A stretch of 63,999 nucleotides of DNA, the filler included, from Stramenopiles sp. TOSAG23-6 (taxonomy: Eukaryota): the NCBI GenBank assembly GCA_900128565.1. It is 14 parts of 14 records of this genome, joined end to end, with 100 filler letters (N's around TTAATTAATTAA, not from the genome) between each part and the next. Parts side by side here need not be neighbours in the genome. Positions count along the whole stretch, not along the records: positions 9,203 to 13,694 come from LT637151.1; positions 13,795 to 18,281 come from LT637152.1; positions 18,382 to 22,867 come from LT637153.1; 11 more parts are not named here. One strand, 5' to 3'. Of the stretch, positions 9,255-20,998 are shown piece after piece. Made by a program: the position numbers and the translations under genes. Below the pieces are notes generated by a model. It saw only the letters and a list, made by a program, of their open reading frames with translations. It searched no databases and was not told the DNA's origin. Each line of letters begins with the position of its first letter. The first letter of the stretch is position 1.

Positions 9255-10213
9255 GTGTGTCGATAGAAGAAAAACTTTTAAAGGCAGAAAAAGAGTTAAA
9301 ATTAAAAGATAAAGTTTTGGAAACAATGGAAGAGCAATTGAGCGATTCCAGGAAATTAACAGCAGGTCTTGAATCTGAAAATAGAATCTTAGCATCATTA
9401 AAAGCCGCACATCCTAATGCGCAAATGTCAGATACTACTATTACGAAATCAACAAATGCAAAAGAAAGTAACACAGATATTGGAAAAGATAATGATCATG
9501 TAGCCAATTTATTTGATAAGATTGGAGGCGTCAAAGAACAAAAAGGAGATTCAAAATTAACGAATACTAAAATTTCTCGAGAGATCTTTGTTAAAAATAC
9601 TCCCAAAATGTGTACAAATAATAGTAATGAAAGTAGCATGTCAAAAATTCTGCGTAGCCAACGAGATCGATTACGTAACCGTGTTTTAGAATTAGAAGCT
9701 TCTAGAGATAACGAAATTGCAAAAGGTCGTGTGAGGGATGCAAAACTAGAACGAATAAGATGTGAAAATAATCGTCTTTTAGAAAAAATAAACTTTCTTC
9801 ATTCGTACAAATCAACGAGTCAGTATGGAAAGAAAGATTCTATGTCTTCTTTTTTGACATATGATACTGAAATAGGGATGCATGTATGGTTTCATTATTG
9901 ATTTCAAAATTGATTTCATTTTTTTTTCATAGTAAATTCTGTACCTAACAAATTATCAAACTTTTTAACATATTTTTTCACAATACATGAGAAAATGTAC
10001 GCTGATTATACAAATCCGTTCACTCGGTTTAAAAGAAAGCATCAGCAACTTCAATATAGGAAACTCTCCGCGATTGAAAGATTTTCTCTTGAAGTACATC
10101 TTTTAGTATTCGTCACGCTATTTCGTTGTAGTGGTGTTCGCGCTTCTTCATACCACACAAATCAATATACGGGTAATGGTGTTCGATTTACTTCTAGTAT
10201 AAATCATGGTTAA
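9255..10213 (+). CDS. Golgin CASP/Coy1 (CASP_C domain), 3' part (exons 9255-9883, 9989-10213)
   Basis: SQRDRLRNRVLELE, NNRLLEKINFLHSY, YxxYTNPF and HLLVF match the CASP C-terminus. Confidence 0.8.
9884..9988 (+). mobile_element. Introner-family intron, GT-AT
   Basis: CAT|GTATGG...TACAT|; phase 0. Confidence 0.8.
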
Positions 10214-10278
10214 TAAATTACACATTTTAATGTAAAAAAATCGTAGTTAAACGGTACATTTTTTATTTTTTTTTTTAT

Positions 10279-11187
10279 TTATCGCTTATTAATGTGCCCA
10301 AAAAACTCTGCTCTCAACTCAGCTCCCTCTGCACCCTTGAAAGATCCGCACATGGCGCGAGTGATAGTTACACTTCCGGGTTTTGTAACCCCCCGCATTA
10401 CCATGCACATATGGGATGCTTCAATCATAACAGCAACACCTTCAGCGTCAACAAGTTGGTACACAGCATCAGCAATTTGTGCCGACAAACGTTCTTGTAT
10501 TTGCAATCTACGAGCAAAAACTTCAGACAATCGAGCTAATTTACTCAATCCAATAACTTTACCACCTTTTCGTGGGATGTATCCAATATGAACATGTCCA
10601 AAAAAAGGAAGCATATGATGCTCGCAAGTTGAGTGAAGTGTTATATCTTTAACCACCACCATACCTCGTTCACATGTTGATGCAACTGCACTAGGGTTTG
10701 AATCCTCTACATCAAAAAGAGCATCCGCAACTATATCTTTTGGTGTTTGGGTATATCCCTTATTGCATTCTAGTAATGCCTTAACCACGCGGCTAGGGGT
10801 TTTTCTAAGACCTGGGCGATCAGGATCTTCACCAATACACTCTATCAGGGTTCGAACAGCCTTCTCCATCTTGCCGGTTTTATCTGATAAAGAACTAGTC
10901 TGAGAGTTTCCTTCTGTTGAGGACGGGAGAGATAATGTATTATATTCATATTTTGCATTTGAACTATCAGAATCAGGCGAATAATTGCTCAGTGAACCAC
11001 TATCTTCCGCTAAATTAGGTAAACCAACACCGATATTTGGTGACGAGAGACTGACAGTAATCGGAACTTTTTCTTCGCAACATTCACAGTCTATTGAAGT
11101 TGATTCACCCATATTATAGTAGGTTTGCTCCTTAGGTAATCTAGTGTTTTTTTCTTTTGAAATTCGTCGTCGCTTAGTTGCCGACAT
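10279..11187 (-). CDS. GCH1: GTP cyclohydrolase I
   Basis: [49 protein letters not shown]; intronless. Confidence 0.95.
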   Translation of the reverse strand: MSATKRRRISKEKNTRLPKEQTYYNMGESTSIDCECCEEKVPITVSLSSPNIGVGLPNLAEDSGSLSNYSPDSDSSNAKYEYNTLSLPSSTEGNSQTSSLSDKTGKMEKAVRTLIECIGEDPDRPGLRKTPSRVVKALLECNKGYTQTPKDIVADALFDVEDSNPSAVASTCERGMVVVKDITLHSTCEHHMLPFFGHVHIGYIPRKGGKVIGLSKLARLSEVFARRLQIQERLSAQIADAVYQLVDAEGVAVMIEASHMCMVMRGVTKPGSVTITRAMCGSFKGAEGAELRAEFFGHINKR

Positions 11188-11412
11188 TTGCTGGAATAAT
11201 CAGTAAATTGTATCGTTCAATTTGACTGATATATTTTATAAACTGCTACCTAGGCTAGCAAAGGTTTCAAGATAAAAAAAAAATTCCAATTCATGGAACA
11301 AAACTGCTCACTTATCATTTTTTTTTTTCGGTTACAAACAAACACAAGTAAAGTTTATGTCTCACTTTCAGATCTCTTTTAACACATCTTATCCATATTC
11401 TTTAGGTAAAGC

Positions 11413-13694
11413 ATGTATTCCCGCGCAGAGCGAGTAAAAAAGTTCCGACTCGACTGTGGCGATGGCCTGGTATGGAAAGGTGGATCATGGCATCCAGGTA
11501 ATGAATATCTTAAACAGTTAACAGTAAAAAATCTCTCAACAAAAGTCCAAAGTATTCGGTACAAATTGCCATCTACAAAGTTCTTCTCCATGGAGTTTCC
11601 AAAAACGATAACTTTGAGCCCTGGAATGTTTATGACCCTAAATATCACCTTTCGTCCGATACAATATGATGTATATGATGATTTTGTTGAGTTTGAAACG
11701 AAAAATGGAACATTTAAAGTAGGCATCAAAGCGACTCTAGCTCGTCTAGATGTCACTTGCACTGAGTCACTTGATTTTGGAATTTGTCCAGTTAATGAGA
11801 TACATACCCAGTGGTTCGACTTCAATAACTCTGGTCAAGTTCCCGTAACATTCAATTGGGATTTTAAAAAACCTTTTGAGATTATACCAGCTAAAGGAAA
11901 AATAGAAGCTGGAAAGGTGCGTAAAATGCTAGTAAAATTTTCACCAATGGAAGCAAAAGTGTGGAAAAGCAAATGTGTCTGTAACATAAATGAAGGGAAG
12001 CAATACCGTATCGTTGGTGTTATTGGAACTGGAAAGTACCCTTTTATTCAATTTGAAAAAAAAAGTATCGAATTTGGTGATGTTCTTGTCGGCTGTAAAA
12101 AAGATTTATGTACAAAAAAAGTGGTTCTACGTAACTTCTCGGAAGTGTATGCGACATATAAGCTGAAGCACCTAGAAATTGATAGACCTGCTGCTTTTTC
12201 TATTAAACCTGCCGAAGGTCGCATTGAGCCACATTCATCAACTACACTCACTATTAAGTACACGTCGGTTACAAGTGGACTTTATGTATCTGATAACTTT
12301 TCGATGATTACCCCTGGGGGAAATTGTCCTCAACTGAATTGCTCTGGAAAAGGAAAGAGCCCAGATATTTTCATACGTAAAAGGGTTCCTGGTGCTAGTG
12401 ATACAAATACTCAGCTAAATAATAGAAACTGCTCACTAAATTTTGGTGACACCAAAGTTAATAGTGTTTCTTCGCAGATTTTATATTTAAAGAACAATAG
12501 TAATTGTGATGCTGAATTCCAATTTGTCGCTAAAGAGAATGGTCTTTTTTCATTTGATAGAATATGTACGTTCTTCATCAGAAATTTCAAATTTTTTTAC
12601 GTAATTTGTCTNNNNNNNNNNNNNNNNNNNNNNNNNNNNNNNNNNNNNNNNNNNNNNNNNTTTTATTCAATACGTTTTTCATCAGAAATTTCAAATGTAT
12701 CTTTTTTTTCATAGAAAATCTAAAACATTCGTACCTAACGATTTTTAAATTTTTGGAATATTTTTTTATGATACATCTGGAACAATTCCACCTTTCATTG
12801 AAGTGTTTGTTCGTATTACATTTTCTCCAAATGTAGCAGGAAATTTTTATCGCCGAATTTATTGTTTATTTCAAAATGCAGCTCCAAAGTTCATAGATTG
12901 CATTGGAACGGCATTTGATGAATCGAACAGACCTGCTCCATTGTATCAGAGACACATTGATAGATTCCGCAGACGAAGACAACTTGGCTTTAGTAAGATG
13001 TACGTTTCCATCATGAATTTCAATTTCTATTTTTTCATACGAAATTTTGTACCTAACGATTTTTTTCTTTCTGAAATATTTTTTCAAAATACATGTCACC
13101 TGATCAAATTGAGGAACTTATGGAGTCTTCAAATTCTTCAAAGTTGGCACTAGCAGAGAGAGAAGTCATACCAAAAGGTTCATGTCGTTCGGGAGAGTCT
13201 ACTAAATCTGAGGTGTACCACACCAGAGATTTTTTTGTACCTTCAAATGATAAAAAACGCTTGGAGATTACAGTTGCTCAAGATGAAATTAATTTTGGTG
13301 CCTGTTCACGAAACTCTGGGATGGTAAAAAAGACAGCCCGAATTACTAATCACACAAGTGCAAAAGTAGTATGCCAGTGGGTAATGCCATGTAGTCAAGA
13401 CGGTGATGATACGATAGATTTTGGTGTAATTCCGTCAGTGTCGGATATTGGTCCGAATCAAACAGTGACTTTCCAAATATGCTTTCGACCTTCACAGGAT
13501 AATTTTTATTATTGTCAAGAACTAGAAGCGTTTTGTTATTTCAAAACGCAACGTAATTTTCGTCTCGTTACAGAGGAATCGTTCACTCCGCCTTGGCATA
13601 TACCTGTCCGAGTGATTGGTCACACATTTTCTGGTACGACACAATTTTTACCAAGTTTTAAATTAGAATTGAAGAATAACCGAATTACATTTCC
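11413..13694 (+). CDS. CFAP65: Cilia- and flagella-associated protein 65 (CCDC108), 5' part (exons 11413-12565, 12777-12999, 13095->13694)
   Basis: Tandem ASH/Ig-like repeats; W.PG.EY.K.L..KN, YRRI.CL and FRLV....F.PPW patterns. Confidence 0.8.
12566..12776 (+). mobile_element. Introner-family intron, GT-AT (contains N gap)
   Basis: Phase 1 (T|CT) gives FDRISGTIPP. Confidence 0.7.
13000..13094 (+). mobile_element. Introner-family intron, GT-AT
   Basis: Phase 2 (AT|G); ATGT at both junctions. Confidence 0.8.
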
Positions 13695-13849
13695 NNNNNN
13701 NNNNNNNNNNNNNNNNNNNNNNNNNNNNNNNNNNNNNNTTAATTAATTAANNNNNNNNNNNNNNNNNNNNNNNNNNNNNNNNNNNNNNNNNNNNTTTGTA
13801 CCTAACAAATTTAAGTGTTTTTTTTTTGAAATATTTTTCCAAAATACAT

Positions 13850-14123
13850 TGATTCAAATCTCTCAGTTCGAAAGTTAATTTCTACCTCAAAGAGTTTGAA
13901 TTTGGTTGAACATTTAGGAGTTTCATACCCATCAACATTTCCTGCTTCTTGTCCTTTATTACGTCGCGATGGTTTCGTATCATCAGCTAGACATGATGGA
14001 ATTATTAATTTATCAGTCACTGAGGAAATGATAAAGGAAGCGAATTGTGCAAGTTGGGATGAAACAACACAGTGCCACGTGTCAGATCATCGTCCTGTCC
14101 TTGCACTTTTAAAAATCGTATGA
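13850..14123 (+). CDS. Endonuclease/exonuclease/phosphatase-family protein, last exon
   Basis: STFPA..P..R.D and SDHRPV motifs; preceded by a family intron 3' end. Confidence 0.7.
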
Positions 14124-14411
14124 GGTATCTACTGGTACTACGTACGTATTGAATTTGAACCACAAGGGTTGTCAATGGCATTTATTCAATTTTATTACAA
14201 AATTTCAAAATAAAATTAAATTCTATTTGAATAAATCTAAATCGAAATCTCAGAATTTTTCAATGGTCAATTTCGTGTCATAACAGCACAACTTCCTACT
14301 TCACCAAGTATAGCTTTGGACTAAAAAAAATAGTTCCATAAAATAGTTCCATAAAATAGTATACATTATATATCGACACACCATTAAATTTACTCTTTGG
14401 GTATTTGTATA

Positions 14412-15842
14412 ATGACATCTTCATCTACCACTACGACAACTGTTGTAGAAGCTGCTCTACGCCGTCGTCTGAAACGTGTCTCCTGGCAGACTTGGTTTCG
14501 TCGATCTTTTACAATTAGAAATATTTTTTTCTTTGTATTTACTTTCGTAATTCCCTCTGCTATTGCAGTCTCATGGATTTNTATTTGGTCTGAAGAATGG
14601 TATGGAACAAATATCAAAGAATTTGATCGNTGTTGGAATATGCTGCATGGATCAGATAACGACCNAGACGTTGAGACTTCTATGGAATGTTTTGCAGCAC
14701 GTCACTTAAATATTCATTCCCCTGAAGCAGAAATTCCTTTGAAACTTACAGGACGACTAAAGCTTATCCATGATGTTGAGCAGTTGGATTATCTAAATAA
14801 ACGTGGAATGCTCAAACCCATGTTTTCCCCATCCATTACTGTGTATATGAAACTTATACAGAGAATAGAGAAGGGCAAGGCTCCAGCCTCTTTTCCTGTG
14901 AACACAACTCCAAGTGAAGTGGACCCAATCCTCTGGAAGTCTATATTTTCTAAATCNGTTTTTATGAGTCCATCTTCTGCAAAATTACCTCACCCAATGA
15001 TAAATCCATACATGAATTCTACAATTATTCAAAACGGATATGCAAAAAACTCACTTGGAACAAGTCATATTACTGANAACAAACATACAACGCATCCTGT
15101 CAATTCNGTAGCAGCTCAATTATGCCNCGATCAAGATGGTTTTGCGGTAGTTGATAATTTTCTTACGAATGAAGCATTAACACATATGCGTAAATATTTA
15201 NAAGAATCGACGATATGGTATCATATGCATCATGCGGGTGAATATCTAGAAGCAAGNCTTGATGATGGACTTGCTTCGCCAATCTTGGCCCAACTTTCAA
15301 ATGAGATCCGANGAGCTTTTCCAAAGATTTTGTCTCGACATAAATTAACACAAGCGTTTGCAAGAAAGTATGACAACAGCAATGGAGTATCGGGTCCATC
15401 TGCAAAGCCAGGACATGGTGCNAGGTTACGTGCAGAGGTAGGAGCTGTCGTTGTACGAATTTGGTTGACTCAAGACANCGCNTTGTTNGTACCAAATTTG
15501 TTACCTAAAGATATAAACTTTAATAATGATACCAATGATGAGACAAGACAATCATCGAGTGGTCTTTTACTATTTAATAGAGAAGTCTCTTCTGATTGGA
15601 CTGCTGATATGTATACAAATAATTCATACTTGAATGTNAGAAATGATCATGTCCNCCACTCTAGCGTAATGAAAATTCCCTATAAAGCAAATCGTTTGAT
15701 AATGTTTAATGCTAATCTTTTACACAAAACAGAAAGAAAACTTCATTTTCGTGTTGGATATTCAAATAGGCGTATTGGTTTAACATTGGTATACGGAAGA
15801 CATTGTAGCGAAAATCTACTTAATAAAGGTAGAAACATTTAG
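14412..15842 (+). CDS. Membrane-anchored 2OG-Fe(II) oxygenase-like protein
   Basis: N-terminal TM; VVDNFL, KYD, PYKANRLIMFNANLLHKT, GYSNRRIGLT. Confidence 0.6.
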   Translation: MTSSSTTTTTVVEAALRRRLKRVSWQTWFRRSFTIRNIFFFVFTFVIPSAIAVSWIXIWSEEWYGTNIKEFDXCWNMLHGSDNDXDVETSMECFAARHLNIHSPEAEIPLKLTGRLKLIHDVEQLDYLNKRGMLKPMFSPSITVYMKLIQRIEKGKAPASFPVNTTPSEVDPILWKSIFSKXVFMSPSSAKLPHPMINPYMNSTIIQNGYAKNSLGTSHITXNKHTTHPVNXVAAQLCXDQDGFAVVDNFLTNEALTHMRKYLXESTIWYHMHHAGEYLEAXLDDGLASPILAQLSNEIRXAFPKILSRHKLTQAFARKYDNSNGVSGPSAKPGHGXRLRAEVGAVVVRIWLTQDXXLXVPNLLPKDINFNNDTNDETRQSSSGLLLFNREVSSDWTADMYTNNSYLNXRNDHVXHSSVMKIPYKANRLIMFNANLLHKTERKLHFRVGYSNRRIGLTLVYGRHCSENLLNKGRNI

Positions 15843-15910
15843 ATTTGAATGTCGTATGTATCCCCAAAAAAATAAAAAAATNAAAAAATAAAAACTTGAA
15901 AATATTTGTA

Positions 15911-17147
15911 TTAAAAAAAGAAGTTAAACCTTCTCAATAATAAAAATACAATGGCAAGAAATATAAAAAATGCTAANAATAAGAGCACATCATTAACAAA
16001 GTCATTTTCACTCCGTGGATTAATTTGTGAGGCAGTATTATTTGGTACAGAAGAAACTATAGGATTAATTGAAGGGCCACCCATTCCAAGATGACTCCCT
16101 TGCATTGTGGGGAAAGGCACTTGATTACCTGGAGAAACAAAGGGATTTTGAGCAGATGGTACATTAGAAAATATTCCAGACAAACTACTCGCTCCACCAG
16201 ATCCTACAGTTTTATCAATTCTTAATTTACAATTTTGGGCTCTAGGGTTAGGGTTAGGGTTCACATGTTCAGGATTTGGATGTAGATGATTTAGATGATT
16301 GTGTGTTTTCTGCTCAATGCCATGGGTGTGATTTGTAACCAATCTATGTCTAATAGAACTAGAGTTGGGGTTGTTTTCTATTCTATTGCATTTTTCACCT
16401 GTATCAGAAAATGNTTGCACAACGTTGTTAGGGTTAGGGTTGGATAATTTGTGAATATGTAATTTTTTAGGTTGGAGAAGCTTCTGAGCCTCCCGAATAT
16501 CCGCTGTTTTCAAGATAGGAGTCGTTTCGAGCCACATTTTTACATGTATTGTGAAAAAGAGTTTTGAAAATTTTAAATTCGTCTACAACATTTGACTCCA
16601 AAAAAGAAAAATGTTTAGGTACGAAATTTTGTACGAAAAAAAATAAATGTAAAAATTCATCATAAAAAAAACGTACATGATCTTGATATACTTTAGGAAT
16701 ATATTTTGACTTTTCTGGAGACTTGCGAGAAATACGAGCAGCTCGTTTGCGTTCCTTTTTTGACCAATCAAGAGAACCTACGGCCCCTTCGGGTGGTGTT
16801 GGTAGGAAACTTATCAGAGCTTCTAGAATTGTTCGAATACCCCACGCAGGTTGCCAAGATTCAGGATGATGAGCAGAAAGACTCAGACATATTTTTTGGC
16901 GTACTTCAAAGCGTCCATTAGGTGTTAGTAACATAATATTTGGGGGTTTAAAAGGATACTCGGCTGGAAGAATAATACGACCGTGGTAGATTCCACCCTC
17001 AAACTCTGTGTCGGGTGCGCCTCTGATAGTGAAGTACCACTGGCGCATATCATCCTCCAAGGGCAACGCAGTATATAAAACACTCTTTGCGGCGCGCACN
17101 TCCCTCAGATCTGCGTGAATGCGTCGCATCATATTAGAAGATGACAT
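15911..17147 (-). CDS. UBE2J1: ER ubiquitin-conjugating enzyme Ubc6/UBE2J1 (exons 17147-16677, 16543-15911)
   Basis: YPFKPP, TPNGRF, KICLSLSAHHPESWQPAW; C-terminal tail anchor. Confidence 0.9.
16544..16676 (-). mobile_element. Introner-family intron, GT-AT
   Basis: CAT|GTA at both junctions; phase 0; connects the E2 domain to the TM-anchor frame. Confidence 0.8.
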
Positions 17148-17535
17148 AATTACTACACTACAATATCTCGTGTCCAGGATGTAATACTTTTCTGTTTCTA
17201 TTGCCTCATAATAGAATATAAATAGACTTCATNACAAAAAGGTAAAAGTTTGTTCATTCAATCTAAATCTCTAAAAAAATGCCTTCAAAAAATGAAAATG
17301 CAAAAATCAAAATGCGAGTGAAAAAATTAGGGTTAGGGTTTGGGCTTTGAAGAAGAAAAATTTTAAATTTTGAAATTNTTTCGTNGTTCAATCTCTCCCT
17401 CTCTCTGCTCTGCTCTCTCACACACAAAGAAAAGCTTTAGATACGTCAATAATACTTTCAGTATCGTACGACAAATGAAAAGGTCAGCATTGTGATACGA
17501 TCCATATTATTAGATTTATTAAAAGCGCTTAGGAA

Positions 17536-18191
17536 ATGTCATTTGAAGTTCCATTGTCAAGTGTTGCTTGCGGTTCGGCACACACTTTACTTCTGGCGCA
17601 TAATGGTTCAAGCATTTATGCTTTCGGGGAAGGACGCTATGGTCAACTTGGAAACGATANTTCTGATGATCCTAACACGGTCAAGTTAGTGAGCAAAGAC
17701 AAAACAAATGATAAAAAATTATCTTGGGCTAACTTCACTGCAAATCACGTTGCTTGTGGTTCAAATCATTCAGCCTTAGTCACGGAAGAGGGATATTTGT
17801 ACACATGGGGGCGACACAATAAGGGTCAATTGGGAAATATTGATTTATGGGGAACAAATGCTTTTGTTAATACAAAAATTGAATTGAGATCGTGCACGAC
17901 CCCGTGTATTGTGAATAGTTTTCTGAGAATGGATTCCATTATCAGATACGTCGATTGTGGTTGTGATTTTACAATGGCACTGGTACGTTTTCAACTTACA
18001 TCTAAAATTATTTTATTTTTTCAAAAGAAAAACTTACCTAACAAATTTCAAACGTAAAACAAAGATATTGTATTACAATACTTGACGAACATGGTTTTCT
18101 CTATAGCTGGGGTTTAGGAAGTTATGGTAATTTAGGGCATGGAGATACTTTAGACCGTAAAGAGCCAACGGCTGTGAAGGACATACAATGT
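17536..18191 (+). CDS. RCC1-repeat protein, 5' part (exons 17536-17982, 18084-18191)
   Basis: Repeated VACGxxH/YxWG/GQLG blades. Confidence 0.85.
17983..18083 (+). mobile_element. Introner-family intron, GT-TT
   Basis: Restores FTMAL|DEHGFLYSWG; the nearest upstream AG (18064) is out of frame. Confidence 0.8.
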
Positions 18192-18437
18192 GTACGTTTT
18201 ATTTTTTTTTGTTTTCGAAAAAAAAAAAATCGATTTTTTTTTTCGTACGAAATTTTGTACCTAACAATTTTTTTAGAATTTNNNNNNNNNNNNNNNNNNN
18301 NNNNNNNNNNNNNNNNNNNNNNNNNTTAATTAATTAANNNNNNNNNNNNNNNNNNNNNNNNNNNNNNNNNNNNNNNNNNNNTTTCGTACGAAATTTTGTA
18401 CCTAACGTTTTTTTTCAAATATTTTTCCAAAATACAT

Positions 18438-19397
18438 GCTTGGCAAGCAAGAGACGAATTAAGTGAGGGTAAAATGTATGCCAATACGCTTTCCTCTGGT
18501 TTAGATGATTACCCTAGATCATCTCATCCTGATTCTCAAGAACGTCATGTGGATCTTTATTCATGGATTGCATGTGGTTCCAGAATCATGGCTAGGGTTG
18601 CCAAAATTATTGAGTATAAAGAGAAAGAAATTTATTATTTAAAGCTTGAAAAAAAACTAATCGATAATTTAGATTTTCTTCATTGGGATGAAAAAAGTAA
18701 TTCATACGCTGATTTTGGATTACATATAAATGGTCAAGTTAGAGATTGGCCCATTGCAAGATGTGCTGATATGAAACAACGTAAAATTGTGGAACGCCCC
18801 GCCTTGAGTGATGATCCAGAATCTGTTTGTGTGCCACCTTTAAAGTATTATGGTCTTTCAAGAGAAGAGTCTGGAAAAGTGAAAAATATGTCAGTATATG
18901 GAACGAATGATGTCAATAATAATCCAATTTTGCAATTTGTACCCAGATATGGTTACGTTTCAATTTTCCCTCTCATTTTACGTGTTATCCCTCCTGACTC
19001 TCCACGTCTTCTTGTTGTAATGAAAATGCTACGTAATGAGAAACATCTATGGACACCGTGGGGTTTGCGTTCTCTGTCTAAACATGATACATTTTATGGC
19101 AAGTCCAATGCACCAGGAGATGATCCATACTGGAGAGGGCCTATTTGGTACAATATAAATTATTTAGCATTATCAGGTCTTTATTATTATGCGAATACAG
19201 ACGGGCCATTCCAAACGAAAGCAAACGAGATTTATCACGAACTTAGGGAAAATGTTATAATGAATATTTTTGGAGAATGGAAACGAACGGGGTTCTTCTG
19301 GGAGCAATATAATGATGAAACAGGTGAAGGACAAAAAGCGCATCCATTTACTGGTTGGACTGCCACAGTTGTTAACATTATGGGGGAGTTGTATTGA
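18438..19397 (+). CDS. MOGS: Mannosyl-oligosaccharide glucosidase I (GH63), last exon
   Basis: TLSSGLDDYPR, HVDL, YWRGPIW, WEQY, PFTGWT. Confidence 0.92.
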   Translation, partial: AWQARDELSEGKMYANTLSSGLDDYPRSSHPDSQERHVDLYSWIACGSRIMARVAKIIEYKEKEIYYLKLEKKLIDNLDFLHWDEKSNSYADFGLHINGQVRDWPIARCADMKQRKIVERPALSDDPESVCVPPLKYYGLSREESGKVKNMSVYGTNDVNNNPILQFVPRYGYVSIFPLILRVIPPDSPRLLVVMKMLRNEKHLWTPWGLRSLSKHDTFYGKSNAPGDDPYWRGPIWYNINYLALSGLYYYANTDGPFQTKANEIYHELRENVIMNIFGEWKRTGFFWEQYNDETGEGQKAHPFTGWTATVVNIMGELY

Positions 19398-19585
19398 AAT
19401 GTTTATAAATCATGTACTTTTCATACAAAGTCATTTTTCCTATAACTACAGTGGTGAAAAACTATGATTAAGTACACGCAACACTGAGATATCGTTTTTA
19501 TTTTACTCTTCTCATTTCTACAAAAAAAATCTTATAAATTTTTCATAATAATACTGAAATTTCATATGGTTGTTTCCCCCATTAT

Positions 19586-20998
19586 TCACGCCCACCCTTT
19601 ATCGATCATCTCTTGTTCCTGCTTTAACCTTTTCTGCGTTAACTGTTGTTCCTCCATGAAATTTTTGGCAAAACTCGTCATCTGTTCAATAAATTTCGGG
19701 TTCTCCCACAATGCAACTAGACTAAAACCTCCAGCAGTTGGTGCAGCACCGACAGGTGTAGTAGGAGCTACAGCATCAGCTAGACCAAAACCTCCAGCAG
19801 CTGGTGTACCAAAACCTCCAGCAGCTGGTGCACCAAAACTTCCAGCAGCTGGTGCACCAAAACCTCCAGCAGCTGGTGCACCAAAACCTCCAGCAGCTGG
19901 TACTGGTTCACCAAAACCTCCAGTAGCTGGTGTACCAAAACCTCCAGCACCAAAACCTCCCGTTGCTGGCGCATGGCCAACAGGTACAGCAGTAGGCACA
20001 ACATGTACAGTAGCAGGGATTAGTGATCCAGGCAATGCTGAAGCAACACGTGTACGTGATTGTGTTGCAACAACAGGTTCAATATATCTGTCAATCACGC
20101 GATTAATTGCATCAAAATCAAGCCATTTCCTTTGAGATGCTTTCCACACCAATCCTGTTTGCGCCAATAAATCAAGTAATCTCGCACCGGTTTCTCTAAA
20201 CTCCTCACCATACCCACTTACCCAATCGTCAACGATGAAATTCTTTAACCTGGCAATATTATTTTCGTCTTCCTCAAAAACCGCCTTTGAAAGTTCGGTT
20301 GGCAAGCTAATGGAATTTCTAGAATTATTCACAGTCAGAATTCTCATTATAATCTGAGCTATGGACCATTTGTCGAATGAACCATCTGATGTTCTCGTTA
20401 ATCTCTCAGGTGGACAATACTCTTCTGTTATTATAACAGGGTATTGGCCAAACAAGGTAGCAGCTCCAAAATCTGCGATATCAAGCGAACCATCATCATT
20501 GACGAATAAGTTTTCAGGTTTGATATCGTTGTGCGATATTCTTTTTTGTTCAATTTCTTTCAAACCATCTTCAACATTCGAAAGGCTCTTCACCAATCGA
20601 AGCATTTCAATTCCAAATACTTTTTTATCGGGCTCTGTCGGAAATTTTTTAAAGTACTTATTCCTCACAAACAAATACTTTTCCAAAAAGTCCTTTTTCT
20701 TATAATATTTAAGTTTAATAGATAAAGTGCTGTCGTCCTTTTGCAAAATTCGGATAACATGAGGACAATCGCGAACCTTTTCCAACATTCCACTTTCCGT
20801 TTCGAAGTCATCCCGACGATTAAAGACTTTCCAGCAACTATCCGTATCACAATAAAGGTTTGCCTGGCCACTAGCTACTTCTAATCGGTTGAATCCTGGA
20901 AGGTTGATTTGAGGAACACTGCGCAGCGCCGCCTTTGAAAAAATGCAGTGTAGCATGAAAAATATAGCCATGCTTTTAGGAAACAAAAACATCCTCAT
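19586..20998 (-). CDS. Divergent Ser/Thr protein kinase with signal-peptide-like N-terminus and C-terminal GGFG repeats
   Basis: HNDIKPEN, DFG, PPE, DKWS; the upstream ATG at 21127 is out of frame in the second copy. Confidence 0.8.
   Translation of the reverse strand: MRMFLFPKSMAIFFMLHCIFSKAALRSVPQINLPGFNRLEVASGQANLYCDTDSCWKVFNRRDDFETESGMLEKVRDCPHVIRILQKDDSTLSIKLKYYKKKDFLEKYLFVRNKYFKKFPTEPDKKVFGIEMLRLVKSLSNVEDGLKEIEQKRISHNDIKPENLFVNDDGSLDIADFGAATLFGQYPVIITEEYCPPERLTRTSDGSFDKWSIAQIIMRILTVNNSRNSISLPTELSKAVFEEDENNIARLKNFIVDDWVSGYGEEFRETGARLLDLLAQTGLVWKASQRKWLDFDAINRVIDRYIEPVVATQSRTRVASALPGSLIPATVHVVPTAVPVGHAPATGGFGAGGFGTPATGGFGEPVPAAGGFGAPAAGGFGAPAAGSFGAPAAGGFGTPAAGGFGLADAVAPTTPVGAAPTAGGFSLVALWENPKFIEQMTSFAKNFMEEQQLTQKRLKQEQEMIDKGWA
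19726..19968 (-). repeat. 24-bp coding tandem repeat (GGFGAPAA)n
   Basis: CCAAAACCTCCAGCAGCTGGTGCA units on the + strand. Confidence 0.9.

Noticed and set aside
19566-20135. Pro-rich + strand ORF and other short overlapping ORFs
   Set aside because: Antisense shadows of real genes or translations of the intron repeat.
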